Part shown: positions 25,423 through 34,326 of the stretch, in pieces
How the letters are laid out: each line of letters begins with the position of its first letter
Position numbering within the stretch: position 1 is the first letter of the stretch
DNA from: Candidatus Fraserbacteria bacterium
GTDB taxonomy: Bacteria > Bipolaricaulota > Bipolaricaulia > RBG-16-55-9 > DRXL01
Length of the DNA: 64,000 bases
Reading direction: 5' to 3'
NCBI GenBank assembly: GCA_037440025.1
Contig: JBBIUX010000001.1
Location: 32,001-96,000 of the forward strand
Position numbers and translations under genes: made by a program
The notes under the pieces: model-generated
Told to the model about the DNA's origin: nothing
What the model saw: only the letters and a program-made list of their open reading frames with translations
Databases searched by the model: none

Positions 25423-25653
25423 CTAGACGACCACCTCGACTTCGCGGGTCTCGACGGTCAACGGCATACCTTGCCGCTTGCGCACTTCCAGGCAGGCGAG
25501 GATTGCGTCCTTGATGTTCTCCAACGCTTCTTCCTGGGTGCGGCCTTGGGACATGCACCCAGGAATGGCCGGGCACTCGGCAATGATATAGCCGTCCTCG
25601 CCGGGCTCCAGGGTGACGAGGAGTTTCAAGACTTGGCGGCGCTGCTTAGCCAT
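25423..25653 (-). CDS. hicB: HicB-family antitoxin (short)
   Basis: EDGYIIAECPAIPGCMSQGRTQEEALENIKDAI. Confidence 0.9.
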   Translation of the reverse strand: MAKQRRQVLKLLVTLEPGEDGYIIAECPAIPGCMSQGRTQEEALENIKDAILACLEVRKRQGMPLTVETREVEVVV

Positions 25654-25992
25654 AACGATTCTTCCCCGATGAGATTATAGCCCGTGGGCTTCTCGTCGGC
25701 CACTCGTCAGGCTCCTGTTGACTCACCGGAGCCGGGCAGCTTTCAGCATCACTTCTGTGGCCGCGCCTCCATCGCCTGCTCCAGCGCCTGAAGCCGCTCC
25801 CATCCCGTGTGGGCTACACCCTCCGCATCCACTTTGAATTCCTCGAATTCCTCTGGCTGCTGGTCAACCAAAATCTGGGGGCAGCGTGAAGGGCTCCGCC
25901 CCGCGGGCCTTGAGGTCTTGGCGGATCCCCGAACAGTCACAGGACACCTCAAGACTTGGCGAGATCGCCAGCCTTGAGGTAGAATCAAAACC

Positions 25993-26202
25993 ATGAAGAA
26001 GTGGATCGTTTCAGACCCAGAGCATCTGGGGGGCGCTCTTAGGGTGCGCGGCACGCGGATCTCTATCGCCCTGCTGCTGGAGCTTCTATCCTGCGGTATG
26101 ACCATGGCTGAGATTGTGCAGGAATACCCCAGCCTCAGCGAGGAAGCTATCCGCGGGGCCTTAGAGGAGTTGGCTCACTCCGAGCTGCTGGCTGTCCCAT
26201 GA
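25993..26202 (+). CDS. DUF433 antitoxin-like protein
   Basis: IVSDPEHLGGALRVRGTRISI...EIVQEYPSL; TAGAAT 7 nt upstream. Confidence 0.85.
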   Translation: MKKWIVSDPEHLGGALRVRGTRISIALLLELLSCGMTMAEIVQEYPSLSEEAIRGALEELAHSELLAVP

Positions 26203-26249
26203 AGATCCTGCTCGACGAGAACTTGCCCGAATGTGCGTCAGATGAGTAG
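26199..26249 (+). pseudogene. Truncated DUF5615 PIN toxin
   Basis: ATGA overlap with the DUF433 stop; MKILLDENLPECASDE* only. Confidence 0.7.
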
Positions 26250-26275
26250 TCGCTCCAAGACGAAGCTGTTACGGG

Positions 26276-27067
26276 TCATCCTGCCGCAGCAGCCAGCCCA
26301 ACCTCCCGCCCCCACACCCGCAGCCGCAGCGCCTCCGTTCGCGTCACCCCCTCAAGACTCTGCCCATTGCTCAGATAAATTTGCACGTGTAGCCCCTCAG
26401 AGCGCAACACCGTCAGCTGCCGCAGCTCGCTCTTGAGAAACTTCCGGACCTCCCCAGAGCGGAGCTGAACCGAAAACTCTTGCGTCAGCACTTCGCCGGA
26501 AAACACGCCGCCCGCTTGCGTCGCGATCAACTCGGCTCGTGTGCGCACCTGCTGAAAACTGAAGATCGCCCGGCTCAACAGACGCGCTTGCACGGTCAAC
26601 GGCAGTCTGTGATAGACCCCCCGCACCACAAAAGACTCTACCTGCTCCGGCTCGATCGAGAGCTCGAAGGGCTCTTGGACGAGCACGCGCATCGCCAAGG
26701 GCGAGACGAGCTGCCCAGCCCTAAGCTCAAACTCCCCATTGACAAAGAGCAGCACGCGCGGTTCTTCTCCGAAAGCGGGCAGATACCCCACGACCTCGCC
26801 CACGGGCGCCTCCCACCTCTGAGGGCCCCGGCCCGTCTCGATCTCAAACTGCAAACGCTCGCTCACGAGACAGCCCTGAAGAATCTGCCCGTCGGCCAGC
26901 ACACCGTCCAAGCGGGCTAACTCGGAGAAGAAGCGCGTCTCGGGGGAAAGCTCTGCGCCGGGCTTTTCGGGCAGCGCCGGCCCCGGACAGCTCGGCAGTT
27001 GGCCAAAAGTGACTGCGCTCGGAAGCAGCGCCAGTGCAACGGCTAGAACGAAGATAATGGCTCTCAT
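26276..27067 (-). CDS. Hypothetical secreted protein (possibly 3'-truncated)
   Basis: Signal peptide MRAIIFVLAVALALL, AGGAGG RBS. Confidence 0.65.
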   Translation of the reverse strand: MRAIIFVLAVALALLPSAVTFGQLPSCPGPALPEKPGAELSPETRFFSELARLDGVLADGQILQGCLVSERLQFEIETGRGPQRWEAPVGEVVGYLPAFGEEPRVLLFVNGEFELRAGQLVSPLAMRVLVQEPFELSIEPEQVESFVVRGVYHRLPLTVQARLLSRAIFSFQQVRTRAELIATQAGGVFSGEVLTQEFSVQLRSGEVRKFLKSELRQLTVLRSEGLHVQIYLSNGQSLEGVTRTEALRLRVWGREVGLAAAAG

Positions 27068-27080
27068 GGTACCTCCTGGT

Positions 27081-27173
27081 GAGACCTAACCCCCGACCCC
27101 TTCCCGTAGGGGCACGGCATGCCGTGCCCCTACACCCCTCCCTCTTTAGGGGAGGGGCTAGGGGAGAGGTCTC
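27081..27173. repeat. CCC-family palindrome with a nested GTAG REP
   Basis: GAGACCTAACCCC...[GTAGGGGCACGGCATGCCGTGCCCCTAC at 27106-27133]...GGGGAGAGGTCTC. Confidence 0.8.
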
Positions 27174-27450
27174 AAAATACTTGCAACTGATACCATCCCG
27201 ACCCCGAGGCCGCCACGACCTTCAGATAATAAATAGAGTCCGTCGCGGTGAGATCGCATCGGGGCAGCCATAGGCCGTCGAGCTGCGAATTTGATTGAGA
27301 TGACGGTCTAACAGATACAGATCGAAATCGTTCCCGAAGGTACAGAGCAAGGTCGCCGTGTAGCTGGTGCCGGAACTTGTACTCAGACGATAGAGATGAC
27401 TCTCGCCCTTGCTGATAAAGCGCGTGGGGGAGCTGGGCGCACTGAGAGAC
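27172..27450 (-). pseudogene. Frameshifted PPC (pre-peptidase C-terminal)-like domain fragment
   Basis: GNDFDLYLLD...SSTAYGCPDAI / DSIYYLKVVAASGSGWYQLQVF* in a second frame. Confidence 0.55.
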
Positions 27451-27454
27451 TCGT

Positions 27455-27520
27455 CTGTTTGTAGGGGCGTACGCACCTACAAACGGCAGATTGATCCGTC
27501 GGGGGAATTTCTACAAAGCC
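27455..27520. repeat. GTAG REP plus MITE right end
   Basis: GTAGGGGCGTACGCACCTACAAACGGCAGATTGA...TTTCTACAAAGCC; matches the 19262 end and, inverted, 41455-41500. Confidence 0.65.
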
Positions 27521-27525
27521 ACAGC

Positions 27526-29922
27526 CTATACCGTGACAGTTTGGTGCTTCAGTTCCTGCTCTTTCTCCGCGATCAACAGTCGCGTCTTAATGACCGTGTC
27601 GGGGTTGAGCGAGATGCTGTCAATCCCGCACTCGACTAAGAACTCTGCAAATTCCGGAAAATCCGAGGGCGCCTGCCCGCAAATCCCGATCTTGCGCCCC
27701 TTGCGACGCGCCACGTCAATGACGTGCCTGACTAAACGCTTCACAGCTTCGTTGCGCTCGTCGTAAATATGGGCAACTAATTCCGAGTCGCGATCCAATC
27801 CCAATGCCAACTGGGTGAGATCGTTGCTCCCGATGGAAAAACCGTCAAAGATCTCGGCGAACTCTTCAGCTAAGAGCACATTGCTTGGGATCTCGCACAT
27901 CACGTAGACTTCGAGACCGTTCTCGCCCTGGCGCAGCCCAAACTCGGCCATCGTCTTGATGACTTTACGCCCTTCTTCGGGCGTCCGACAGAAGGGGATC
28001 ATCACTTTGATGTTTTTCAATCCCATCTCGTCGCGGGCTTTCTTGAGCGCTTGGCATTCTAGACCAAAGGCGTCTTTGTATTTGGGATCGTAATAGCGCG
28101 ACGCCCCCCGCCAGCCGATCATCGGATTCGATTCCGACGGCTCGTAGAGCACGCCTCCGATGAGACTCGCATACTCGTTGCTCTTGAAGTCTGAGAGTCT
28201 CACAATGACGTCGTTGGGCCAGAAGGCCGCAGCGATCTGGGCGACCCCCGACGCGAGCCTGTCCACAAAGAACTGGGCTTTATCGCGATAGCCGACCGTT
28301 CTCTCGTCAATCTGTCTGACGATCTGGGCGATCTTCTCGTCGTGGGCCGCGCGAGCTTGAAGCTGCTCGTACTCCAAGAGCGCCTTGGGGTGAATGCCGA
28401 TGTGCGAACTAATAATAAACTCTTCGCGGGCCAGCCCGACGCCATCGTTGGGGATACGAGCTTGGGCAAAGGCCATCTCCGGGATGCCCACGTTCATCAT
28501 GATCTTTGTGCGTGTGCGGGGCAGCTGCGCCACATCAATGCGATCTACCCTGAACTTCAAGCGTCCAGCGAAGACGCGCCCTTCGCCCTGGGAGCAGTCT
28601 ACCGTGATCTCTTGTCCGGTCTGAATCTTTTGTGTAGCGCCCTCAGCGCCGATGACGCAGGGGATGCCCAGCTCACGCGACACTATAGCGGCGTGACATG
28701 TGCGGCCCCCGCGCTCGGTCACGATCGCTGAAGCGATCTTCATAATGGGCTCCCAATCGGGGTCAGTCATCTCAGTCACTAAGACCTCACCGGCGCGGAA
28801 ACGCCCGATCTCTGAGACGTCACGGATGACGTGCGCTGGACCTTGTCCGATCTTGCTCCCCACAGGCTCACCACGCACTATGAGCTTCCCAGTCTCCTCA
28901 AGCACGCAGTTTTCTAATGTGCTTGCACTGTTAGCTCCATGCACGGTCTCCGGCCGCGCCTGCACAACGAAGAGTCTTTGAGTGACTCCGTCCTTGGCCC
29001 ACTCGATGTCCATGGGACGCCCATAGTGCGCTTCGATCTGCATGGCCCAGCGCGCCAATTGCAAGACTTCGTCGTCACTGATGGAAAAACGCTGCTGCTC
29101 CTCAGAGCTGACGATCTCTTCGCGCAGGGCGCCGTTGGCGCAGACGAGCTTCTTCTGCTTGCTGCCCAGACGCTTCTCAATCAGTGCTTTGTAATTCTTT
29201 CTCAGTCCCGGCTTGAAGACGTAGAACTGATCGGGGTTGACCCGCCCCTGCACCACCAGTTCGCCGAAGCCGTAGGATGACGTCACATAGACGACGTTCT
29301 CAGCCCCTGACTCGGGGTCAATCGTAAAGAGCACGCCGGACGCTGCCAAATCCGAGCGAACGAGCTGTTGGACGACGACAGCGATATCGACGTCGCCGTT
29401 GGTGAAGCCGCGGTCGCGGCGATACGAAATCGCCCGGTCAGTGAAGAGGCTGGCGAAGCAGCGCCGCACTCGGTTCAGCAGCATCTCCTCGCCTTTGATA
29501 TTCAAAAAAGTGTCGTGCTGGCCCGCGAACGAATGCTCTGCGGAGTCTTCGATAGTCGCCGACGAGCGCACGGCGACATCGGGGCTGCCGGTCTTTTGGA
29601 CAAGCTGGCGATATGCTTGGCGAATCTCGCCTTCAAGATCAGACGGCAGCGGCGCCTCGACAATCAAACGCCGGATTTTTTGTCCTTGGTCCGCGAGCAT
29701 CTGAACATCGCTCGTGTCCACCTCGGTGATAAGGGCGCGAATCTGCGTGTCAAGTCCTGTGCGACTCATAAAAGAACGATAGGCTTCGGCCGTGATCACA
29801 AAACCGTCGGGAACTGGAATCCCCCGTAGAGTCTGGCGCATCTCCCCCAGTGATGCCCCTTTCCCTCCAACCAAGCCGACATCGGCTTGGCCCACCTCAT
29901 CCAACCATGCGATGCTTTTCAC
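27526..29922 (-). CDS. ppsA: Phosphoenolpyruvate synthase
   Basis: VGGKGASLGEM, AVRSSA, GGRTCHAAIVSRELG, FDGFSIGSNDLTQL, ICGQAPSD. Confidence 0.95.
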   Translation of the reverse strand: MKSIAWLDEVGQADVGLVGGKGASLGEMRQTLRGIPVPDGFVITAEAYRSFMSRTGLDTQIRALITEVDTSDVQMLADQGQKIRRLIVEAPLPSDLEGEIRQAYRQLVQKTGSPDVAVRSSATIEDSAEHSFAGQHDTFLNIKGEEMLLNRVRRCFASLFTDRAISYRRDRGFTNGDVDIAVVVQQLVRSDLAASGVLFTIDPESGAENVVYVTSSYGFGELVVQGRVNPDQFYVFKPGLRKNYKALIEKRLGSKQKKLVCANGALREEIVSSEEQQRFSISDDEVLQLARWAMQIEAHYGRPMDIEWAKDGVTQRLFVVQARPETVHGANSASTLENCVLEETGKLIVRGEPVGSKIGQGPAHVIRDVSEIGRFRAGEVLVTEMTDPDWEPIMKIASAIVTERGGRTCHAAIVSRELGIPCVIGAEGATQKIQTGQEITVDCSQGEGRVFAGRLKFRVDRIDVAQLPRTRTKIMMNVGIPEMAFAQARIPNDGVGLAREEFIISSHIGIHPKALLEYEQLQARAAHDEKIAQIVRQIDERTVGYRDKAQFFVDRLASGVAQIAAAFWPNDVIVRLSDFKSNEYASLIGGVLYEPSESNPMIGWRGASRYYDPKYKDAFGLECQALKKARDEMGLKNIKVMIPFCRTPEEGRKVIKTMAEFGLRQGENGLEVYVMCEIPSNVLLAEEFAEIFDGFSIGSNDLTQLALGLDRDSELVAHIYDERNEAVKRLVRHVIDVARRKGRKIGICGQAPSDFPEFAEFLVECGIDSISLNPDTVIKTRLLIAEKEQELKHQTVTV

Positions 29923-29975
29923 GCTGACTGCCTCCTTCTTATGAGCATCCCGTACTCATAACTGAGTCAACTATT

Positions 29976-30124
29976 ATTACTATAAAATATTCACAAAGTG
30001 AATGTCAAGCGTCGAAAACGCTCTTTCGATCTGGGCTTTCCAACGCAAGCTCCTGAGGCATAAACTCGATAAGGGGTGTGCTCTACTCAGATGCTTGACA
30101 AAGTGAATATTTGTGGGCTAAACT
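29976..30124. promoter_or_regulatory. Divergent promoters with candidate operators
   Basis: ppsA: TTGACA-N18-TATAGT (minus strand) overlapping palindrome ATTCAC-AAA-GTGAAT at 29989-30003; regulator: TTGACA-N18-TAAACT overlapping CTTGAC-AAA-GTGAAT at 30094-30108. Confidence 0.7.
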
Positions 30125-30145
30125 TAATGACCGTGTGGAGGTGCT

Positions 30146-31294
30146 ATGGCCGTAAGAGATTCAAAGAAGTTGGCACGTCTTCTGCAAGAGCACCGTAAAC
30201 GGATCGGGCTGACCAAAGCCCAGCTTTCCCAACGTGCGGGGGTCTCGGCCAGCTTTCTGACATATTTAGAACAAGAGCGTCGCCACCCTTCTCCCTCTCT
30301 GTTAACGCGGCTGATGCAGGCACTCGACCTGACAGCCCGTGAGAAGAAAGAACTACTCAGTGCTGCCGGCTATCAACCCATAGAAGAGATGACGCCGCGC
30401 CTCCGGGACATCACAGAACTGCTGGCCGACCTGCCCCGGGCGGAGCGCGATGAGCTGACCGAAGAGTTTTCCAGACTGATCGGGCGGTGGAGGGAATTGC
30501 GCCACAAGCGCGTGCGCCGCGCCGTCATCCCCATAGCCGGCTGGCAACCACGCTTGCTCTCTCCAGAGCAATTGGGCAAGATGCTCCGTCCCGCCCTCGA
30601 AGAGACAGCTCTCGCTGGGCTTACCGAAGTCGTGCTCGTGCTCGCACCGGGCAAGACTGCACCCCTCTTAAAGCTTCCCCGCCAGCTCAAGGTGCGCACG
30701 GTTGTCCAAGAGCCGCAGTTGGGTCTGGGTCATGCGATCTTGATCACTCGCGGCGTGATCGGCGACGAGCCCTTCGCCGTGATCTTGCCCGACGATATTC
30801 TCTTGGGCGAAGGCCGCCGCTGCCTGCGACAGATGGTGGAACTCTATAGAAAATATTACTGCAGTGTGCTCGCAGTCACCGGCATCGAAGGGGCAGCCGA
30901 TTTCAAAAACTATGGCATTGCTCAGCTCGACCAGCCCCTGCAAGAGAACGTTCATCTTATAGAAGAGCTTCAAGAGAAGCCAACTGACGGCAGCCGAACG
31001 GGCCTAACTATCGTCGGCCGCTATGTGCTGACGCCTCAGATTTTTGAGGCGCTCCAGGCCACACCGCCGGACAAGAACAACGAACTGCAGTTGACCGACG
31101 CGTTAAATATACTCTTGCGCCGCCAACGGATCTGTGCCTTGATCTATGAAGAGAAACTCTTCCGGGTGACCCCCATTAAAATGCTCTTAGAGCAATTGAT
31201 TGACGCGCTCGACGAGTCGCGCCCCGAACGGCTCGAACGAGCTATGCAGATCACACGGAAAGCGTTGCAAGCGTTGACCGCCCTGCGGTCTTGA
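30146..31294 (+). CDS. XRE-HTH fused to a GalU-like nucleotidyltransferase domain; putative regulator
   Basis: LTKAQLSQRAGVSASFLTYLEQERRHPS; QLGLGHAIL, EPFAVILPDD, EKP, GRYVLTPQIFE, ELQLTDAL. Confidence 0.8.
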   Translation: MAVRDSKKLARLLQEHRKRIGLTKAQLSQRAGVSASFLTYLEQERRHPSPSLLTRLMQALDLTAREKKELLSAAGYQPIEEMTPRLRDITELLADLPRAERDELTEEFSRLIGRWRELRHKRVRRAVIPIAGWQPRLLSPEQLGKMLRPALEETALAGLTEVVLVLAPGKTAPLLKLPRQLKVRTVVQEPQLGLGHAILITRGVIGDEPFAVILPDDILLGEGRRCLRQMVELYRKYYCSVLAVTGIEGAADFKNYGIAQLDQPLQENVHLIEELQEKPTDGSRTGLTIVGRYVLTPQIFEALQATPPDKNNELQLTDALNILLRRQRICALIYEEKLFRVTPIKMLLEQLIDALDESRPERLERAMQITRKALQALTALRS

Positions 31295-31359
31295 GTCTCT
31301 TGCATCCTGTGCTCGAACTCGATAGACTTTGGCCCCACTCACATCGAACGACAGAGCAC

Positions 31360-32157
31360 ATGATTTATATTGCGCTCTTTCAGAAGAGCTTTCAGCGAAT
31401 GATGACGTACCGCGCGGCGACCATTGCGGGCATTGCGACGAATTTCTTTTTCGGCTTGCTGCGGGCGTATCTCTTCATTGCTGTCTTTGAAGCCAGCGGG
31501 CAGGCTCAGATCGGCGGCTACACGCTGCGCGATGCGATCACCTACACAGCGCTCACCCAAGCTATTGGCACACCTATTGCTATTCTGAGCTGGTGGTGGG
31601 AGGTCATGCGCGCGATCCGCTCAGGTGAGATTGTCTCCGATCTGACCAAGCCCTTTCACTACTTCGGTTTTTGGCTGGCGCGCGACGTGGGACGGGCAAC
31701 CTTTCACTTCATCTTTCGCGGGCTTCCGATCTTTCTGTTCTTCCCCTTCTTCTTTGAGCTGACATTGCCCAGTTCAGTGACACAGTGGGGGCTCTTTTTT
31801 CTGAGCGTGGTGCTGGCCGTCTTCATCAGTTTCTGTTGGCGCTTTCTCGTTAATCTCTCGGCCTTTTGGTTCTTAGATGCCATGGGCATCGGGCGGTTCG
31901 CCTGGCTTGTCATGACGTTCCTTTCGGGGTTTATCGTTCCCGTGGCGTTTTTCCCTGAATGGCTTAAATTCGCGGTTGCTCTGACGCCTCTGCCGGCGAT
32001 GATCAACACGCCCATCGAAGTCTATCTAGGGATCGCCCAAGGCGCAGGGCTATGGATGGCATTGGGGAGTCAGCTCGCCTGGGCTATCGGAATGGCACTA
32101 CTCTGTGCGTGGGTCTACCGTCGCGGAGTGCAGAAGCTTATCATTCAAGGAGGCTGA
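31360..32157 (+). CDS. ABC-2 family transporter permease (DUF990-like)
   Basis: YRAA, IRSGEIVSDLTKP, LSGFIVPVAFFPEW, PIEVYLG, IQGG C-terminus. Confidence 0.85.
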   Translation: MIYIALFQKSFQRMMTYRAATIAGIATNFFFGLLRAYLFIAVFEASGQAQIGGYTLRDAITYTALTQAIGTPIAILSWWWEVMRAIRSGEIVSDLTKPFHYFGFWLARDVGRATFHFIFRGLPIFLFFPFFFELTLPSSVTQWGLFFLSVVLAVFISFCWRFLVNLSAFWFLDAMGIGRFAWLVMTFLSGFIVPVAFFPEWLKFAVALTPLPAMINTPIEVYLGIAQGAGLWMALGSQLAWAIGMALLCAWVYRRGVQKLIIQGG

Positions 32158-32158
32158 G

Positions 32159-32953
32159 GTGCTCTCGCTCTACTTTGTCTTGATCGGTGCGCGGCTGCGC
32201 TCGCAAATGCAATATAAATTTTCGTTCATCGCCGATTTTCTGGCGACGTTCATCGGGATGGGCTTGGAGTTTGCCGGGGTTTTAGTATTATTTACACACA
32301 TGCCGGCGCTGGGCGGCTGGACGCTCCCCGAAGTCGCCTTGCTCTACGGGACGGCAGAGCTTTCTTTCGCGCTGGCCAATATGACTGCGGAGGGATTTGA
32401 CGGTTTCGCGGGGGTCATACGCTTGGGAGAGTTTGATCGGCTTCTGTTGCGTCCGCGCAGCGTCTTCTTTCAGGTGCTCGCGTCGGAGTTTGCTTTGCGG
32501 CGCTTGGGGCGTGTGGCGCAGGCCGTGCTCGTGCTCAGCGCAGGGCTATGGCTCCTGCGAGCAGAGTGGGGTTTAGAGAGATGGCTCTTTCTCGGTTGGA
32601 CAGTGCTTGGCGGGACGGTCTTCTTTATTGGGCTTTTTGTGATCGGTGCGACGTTTTCGTTCTGGACGGTCGAAGGCTTAGAGGCTGTCAATATCTTCAC
32701 GCACGGCGGGGTGACGATGGCCAGCTACCCGCTCAATATCTTCGCTGAATGGCTGCGCAATTTCTTCGTCTTTGTGCTGCCCTTGGCGTTCGTCAACTTC
32801 TACCCTATGCTCTTTCTATTAGAGAAACCTGATCCGTTCGGGCTGCCGGGTTTTATGCCCTTTCTGGCGTTCCCGTTGTGTTCGTTAGTACTCTTGGTGG
32901 GAGTGTATTTTTGGCGTGTGGGCGTGCGGCATTATCAGAGTACGGGACACTAA
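32159..32953 (+). CDS. ABC-2 family transporter permease
   Basis: SQMQYK, GEFDRLLLRP, YPLNIF, YQSTG; GTG start. Confidence 0.85.
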   Translation: MLSLYFVLIGARLRSQMQYKFSFIADFLATFIGMGLEFAGVLVLFTHMPALGGWTLPEVALLYGTAELSFALANMTAEGFDGFAGVIRLGEFDRLLLRPRSVFFQVLASEFALRRLGRVAQAVLVLSAGLWLLRAEWGLERWLFLGWTVLGGTVFFIGLFVIGATFSFWTVEGLEAVNIFTHGGVTMASYPLNIFAEWLRNFFVFVLPLAFVNFYPMLFLLEKPDPFGLPGFMPFLAFPLCSLVLLVGVYFWRVGVRHYQSTGH

Positions 32954-32963
32954 GGAGTGAATC

Positions 32964-33356
32964 ATGAAGCAGTACTATGTCTACATAATGACAAATAGAT
33001 CTAGAACACTCTATACGGGAGTGACCAATAATCTGGAGCGACGCGTGTACGAGCACAAGCAGAAGTTGATACCTGGCTTTACGAAAAAATACAATATCAC
33101 GCGATTGGTCTACTACGAGGTTTCCGATGACATTCGTGAAGCTATCAAACGAGAGAAGCAAATTAAAGGTTGGCTGCGAATCAAAAAAGTGGCTCTAATA
33201 GAGTCTGTCAACCCTCACTGGAAGGACTTAGCAGAAAAATGGTGGCCTGTTTGTCATCCTGAGCGCAGCGAAGGATCTCAACAACAAGGGGATTCTTCGC
33301 TAACGCTCAGAATGACATGGAAGAAGGAGCTTTATGGCCCTAATAGAAGTCCGTGA
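32964..33356 (+). CDS. Small GIY-YIG nuclease; C-terminus reads through a TGTCA palindrome
   Basis: YYVYIMTN...LYTGVTNNLERRVYEHK...AIKREKQIKGW...NPHWKDL. Confidence 0.9.
   Translation: MKQYYVYIMTNRSRTLYTGVTNNLERRVYEHKQKLIPGFTKKYNITRLVYYEVSDDIREAIKREKQIKGWLRIKKVALIESVNPHWKDLAEKWWPVCHPERSEGSQQQGDSSLTLRMTWKKELYGPNRSP
33252..33317. repeat. TGTCA-type palindromic repeat
   Basis: TGTCATCCTGAGCGCAGCGAAGGATC...GATTCTTCGCTAACGCTCAGAATGACA; relatives near 17789, 40339 and 52130. Confidence 0.85.
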
Positions 33357-34326
33357 ACTGAGCAAGCACTTTTTTATAGCCAAACACCGGCACGGCGTGC
33401 TGGGCGCGCTCAGAAATCTCCTCTCGCGCGAACGGCTTGTTGTCAAAGCTGTAGATAGTGTCTCGTTCGCCATCGAGCGCGGCGAGCTCGTTGGGTATCT
33501 TGGCCCCAACGGCGCCGGTAAGTCTACTACTATAAAGATGCTCACGGGGATTCTGGTGCCGACCGCAGGCTCACTGACTGTCAATGGACTGGTGCCGTGG
33601 AGAAAACGCGTCGAATACACCCGGCGCATCGGCGTCGTCTTCGGGCAGCGCACCAATCTCTGGTGGGACCTGCCCGTCATCGAAAGTCTTGATCTGCTCA
33701 AGCATATCTACAACATCCCCCGCGACCGCTATGACCGAAATCTCAAGATGTTCACGGAGCTCCTCGACTTGGAAGAGTTTTTAAATACGCCGGTGCGCAA
33801 TCTCAGTCTAGGGCAGCGCATGAGGGCCGATCTCGCAGCAGCCCTCCTGCACGATCCGGAAGTGGTCTTTCTCGATGAGCCGACGATTGGGTTGGATGTC
33901 GTCGCCAAAGAGCGCATTCGTGCTTTTATTCGGGAGATGAACGCCCAGCGCGGCGTCACAGTCATTCTGACGACGCACGACTTAGGTGACGTCGAAAAGC
34001 TCTGCAAAAGGGTCTTGATGATTGATCACGGGCAATTGCTCTTTGATGGTCTCTTGAGCGAGTTGCAAGAACGCTTTGGCGGTGAGCGTGAGCTGGTTGT
34101 TGATTTCGCTGAAGATTATTCAGATATTTCTATTGACGGCGCGACGGTCATCGTCCGCGAAGGGAACCACGTCACCTATCGCTTCCCGCGCGGGCAGCTG
34201 AGCGCCTCTGAGTTAATCAGAAGGCTGGCATCGCGCTATCGCATCGCAGACCTGACGGTGCGTGAGCCGGAAATTGAGGACACCGTGCGAAGAATTTACG
34301 AAGAGCGCCTGCTCAGCCTGCGCTAG
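33334..34326 (+). CDS. ABC transporter ATP-binding protein
   Basis: GPNGAGKST, LSLGQ, FLDEPT, TTH. Confidence 0.92.
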   Translation: MALIEVRELSKHFFIAKHRHGVLGALRNLLSRERLVVKAVDSVSFAIERGELVGYLGPNGAGKSTTIKMLTGILVPTAGSLTVNGLVPWRKRVEYTRRIGVVFGQRTNLWWDLPVIESLDLLKHIYNIPRDRYDRNLKMFTELLDLEEFLNTPVRNLSLGQRMRADLAAALLHDPEVVFLDEPTIGLDVVAKERIRAFIREMNAQRGVTVILTTHDLGDVEKLCKRVLMIDHGQLLFDGLLSELQERFGGERELVVDFAEDYSDISIDGATVIVREGNHVTYRFPRGQLSASELIRRLASRYRIADLTVREPEIEDTVRRIYEERLLSLR

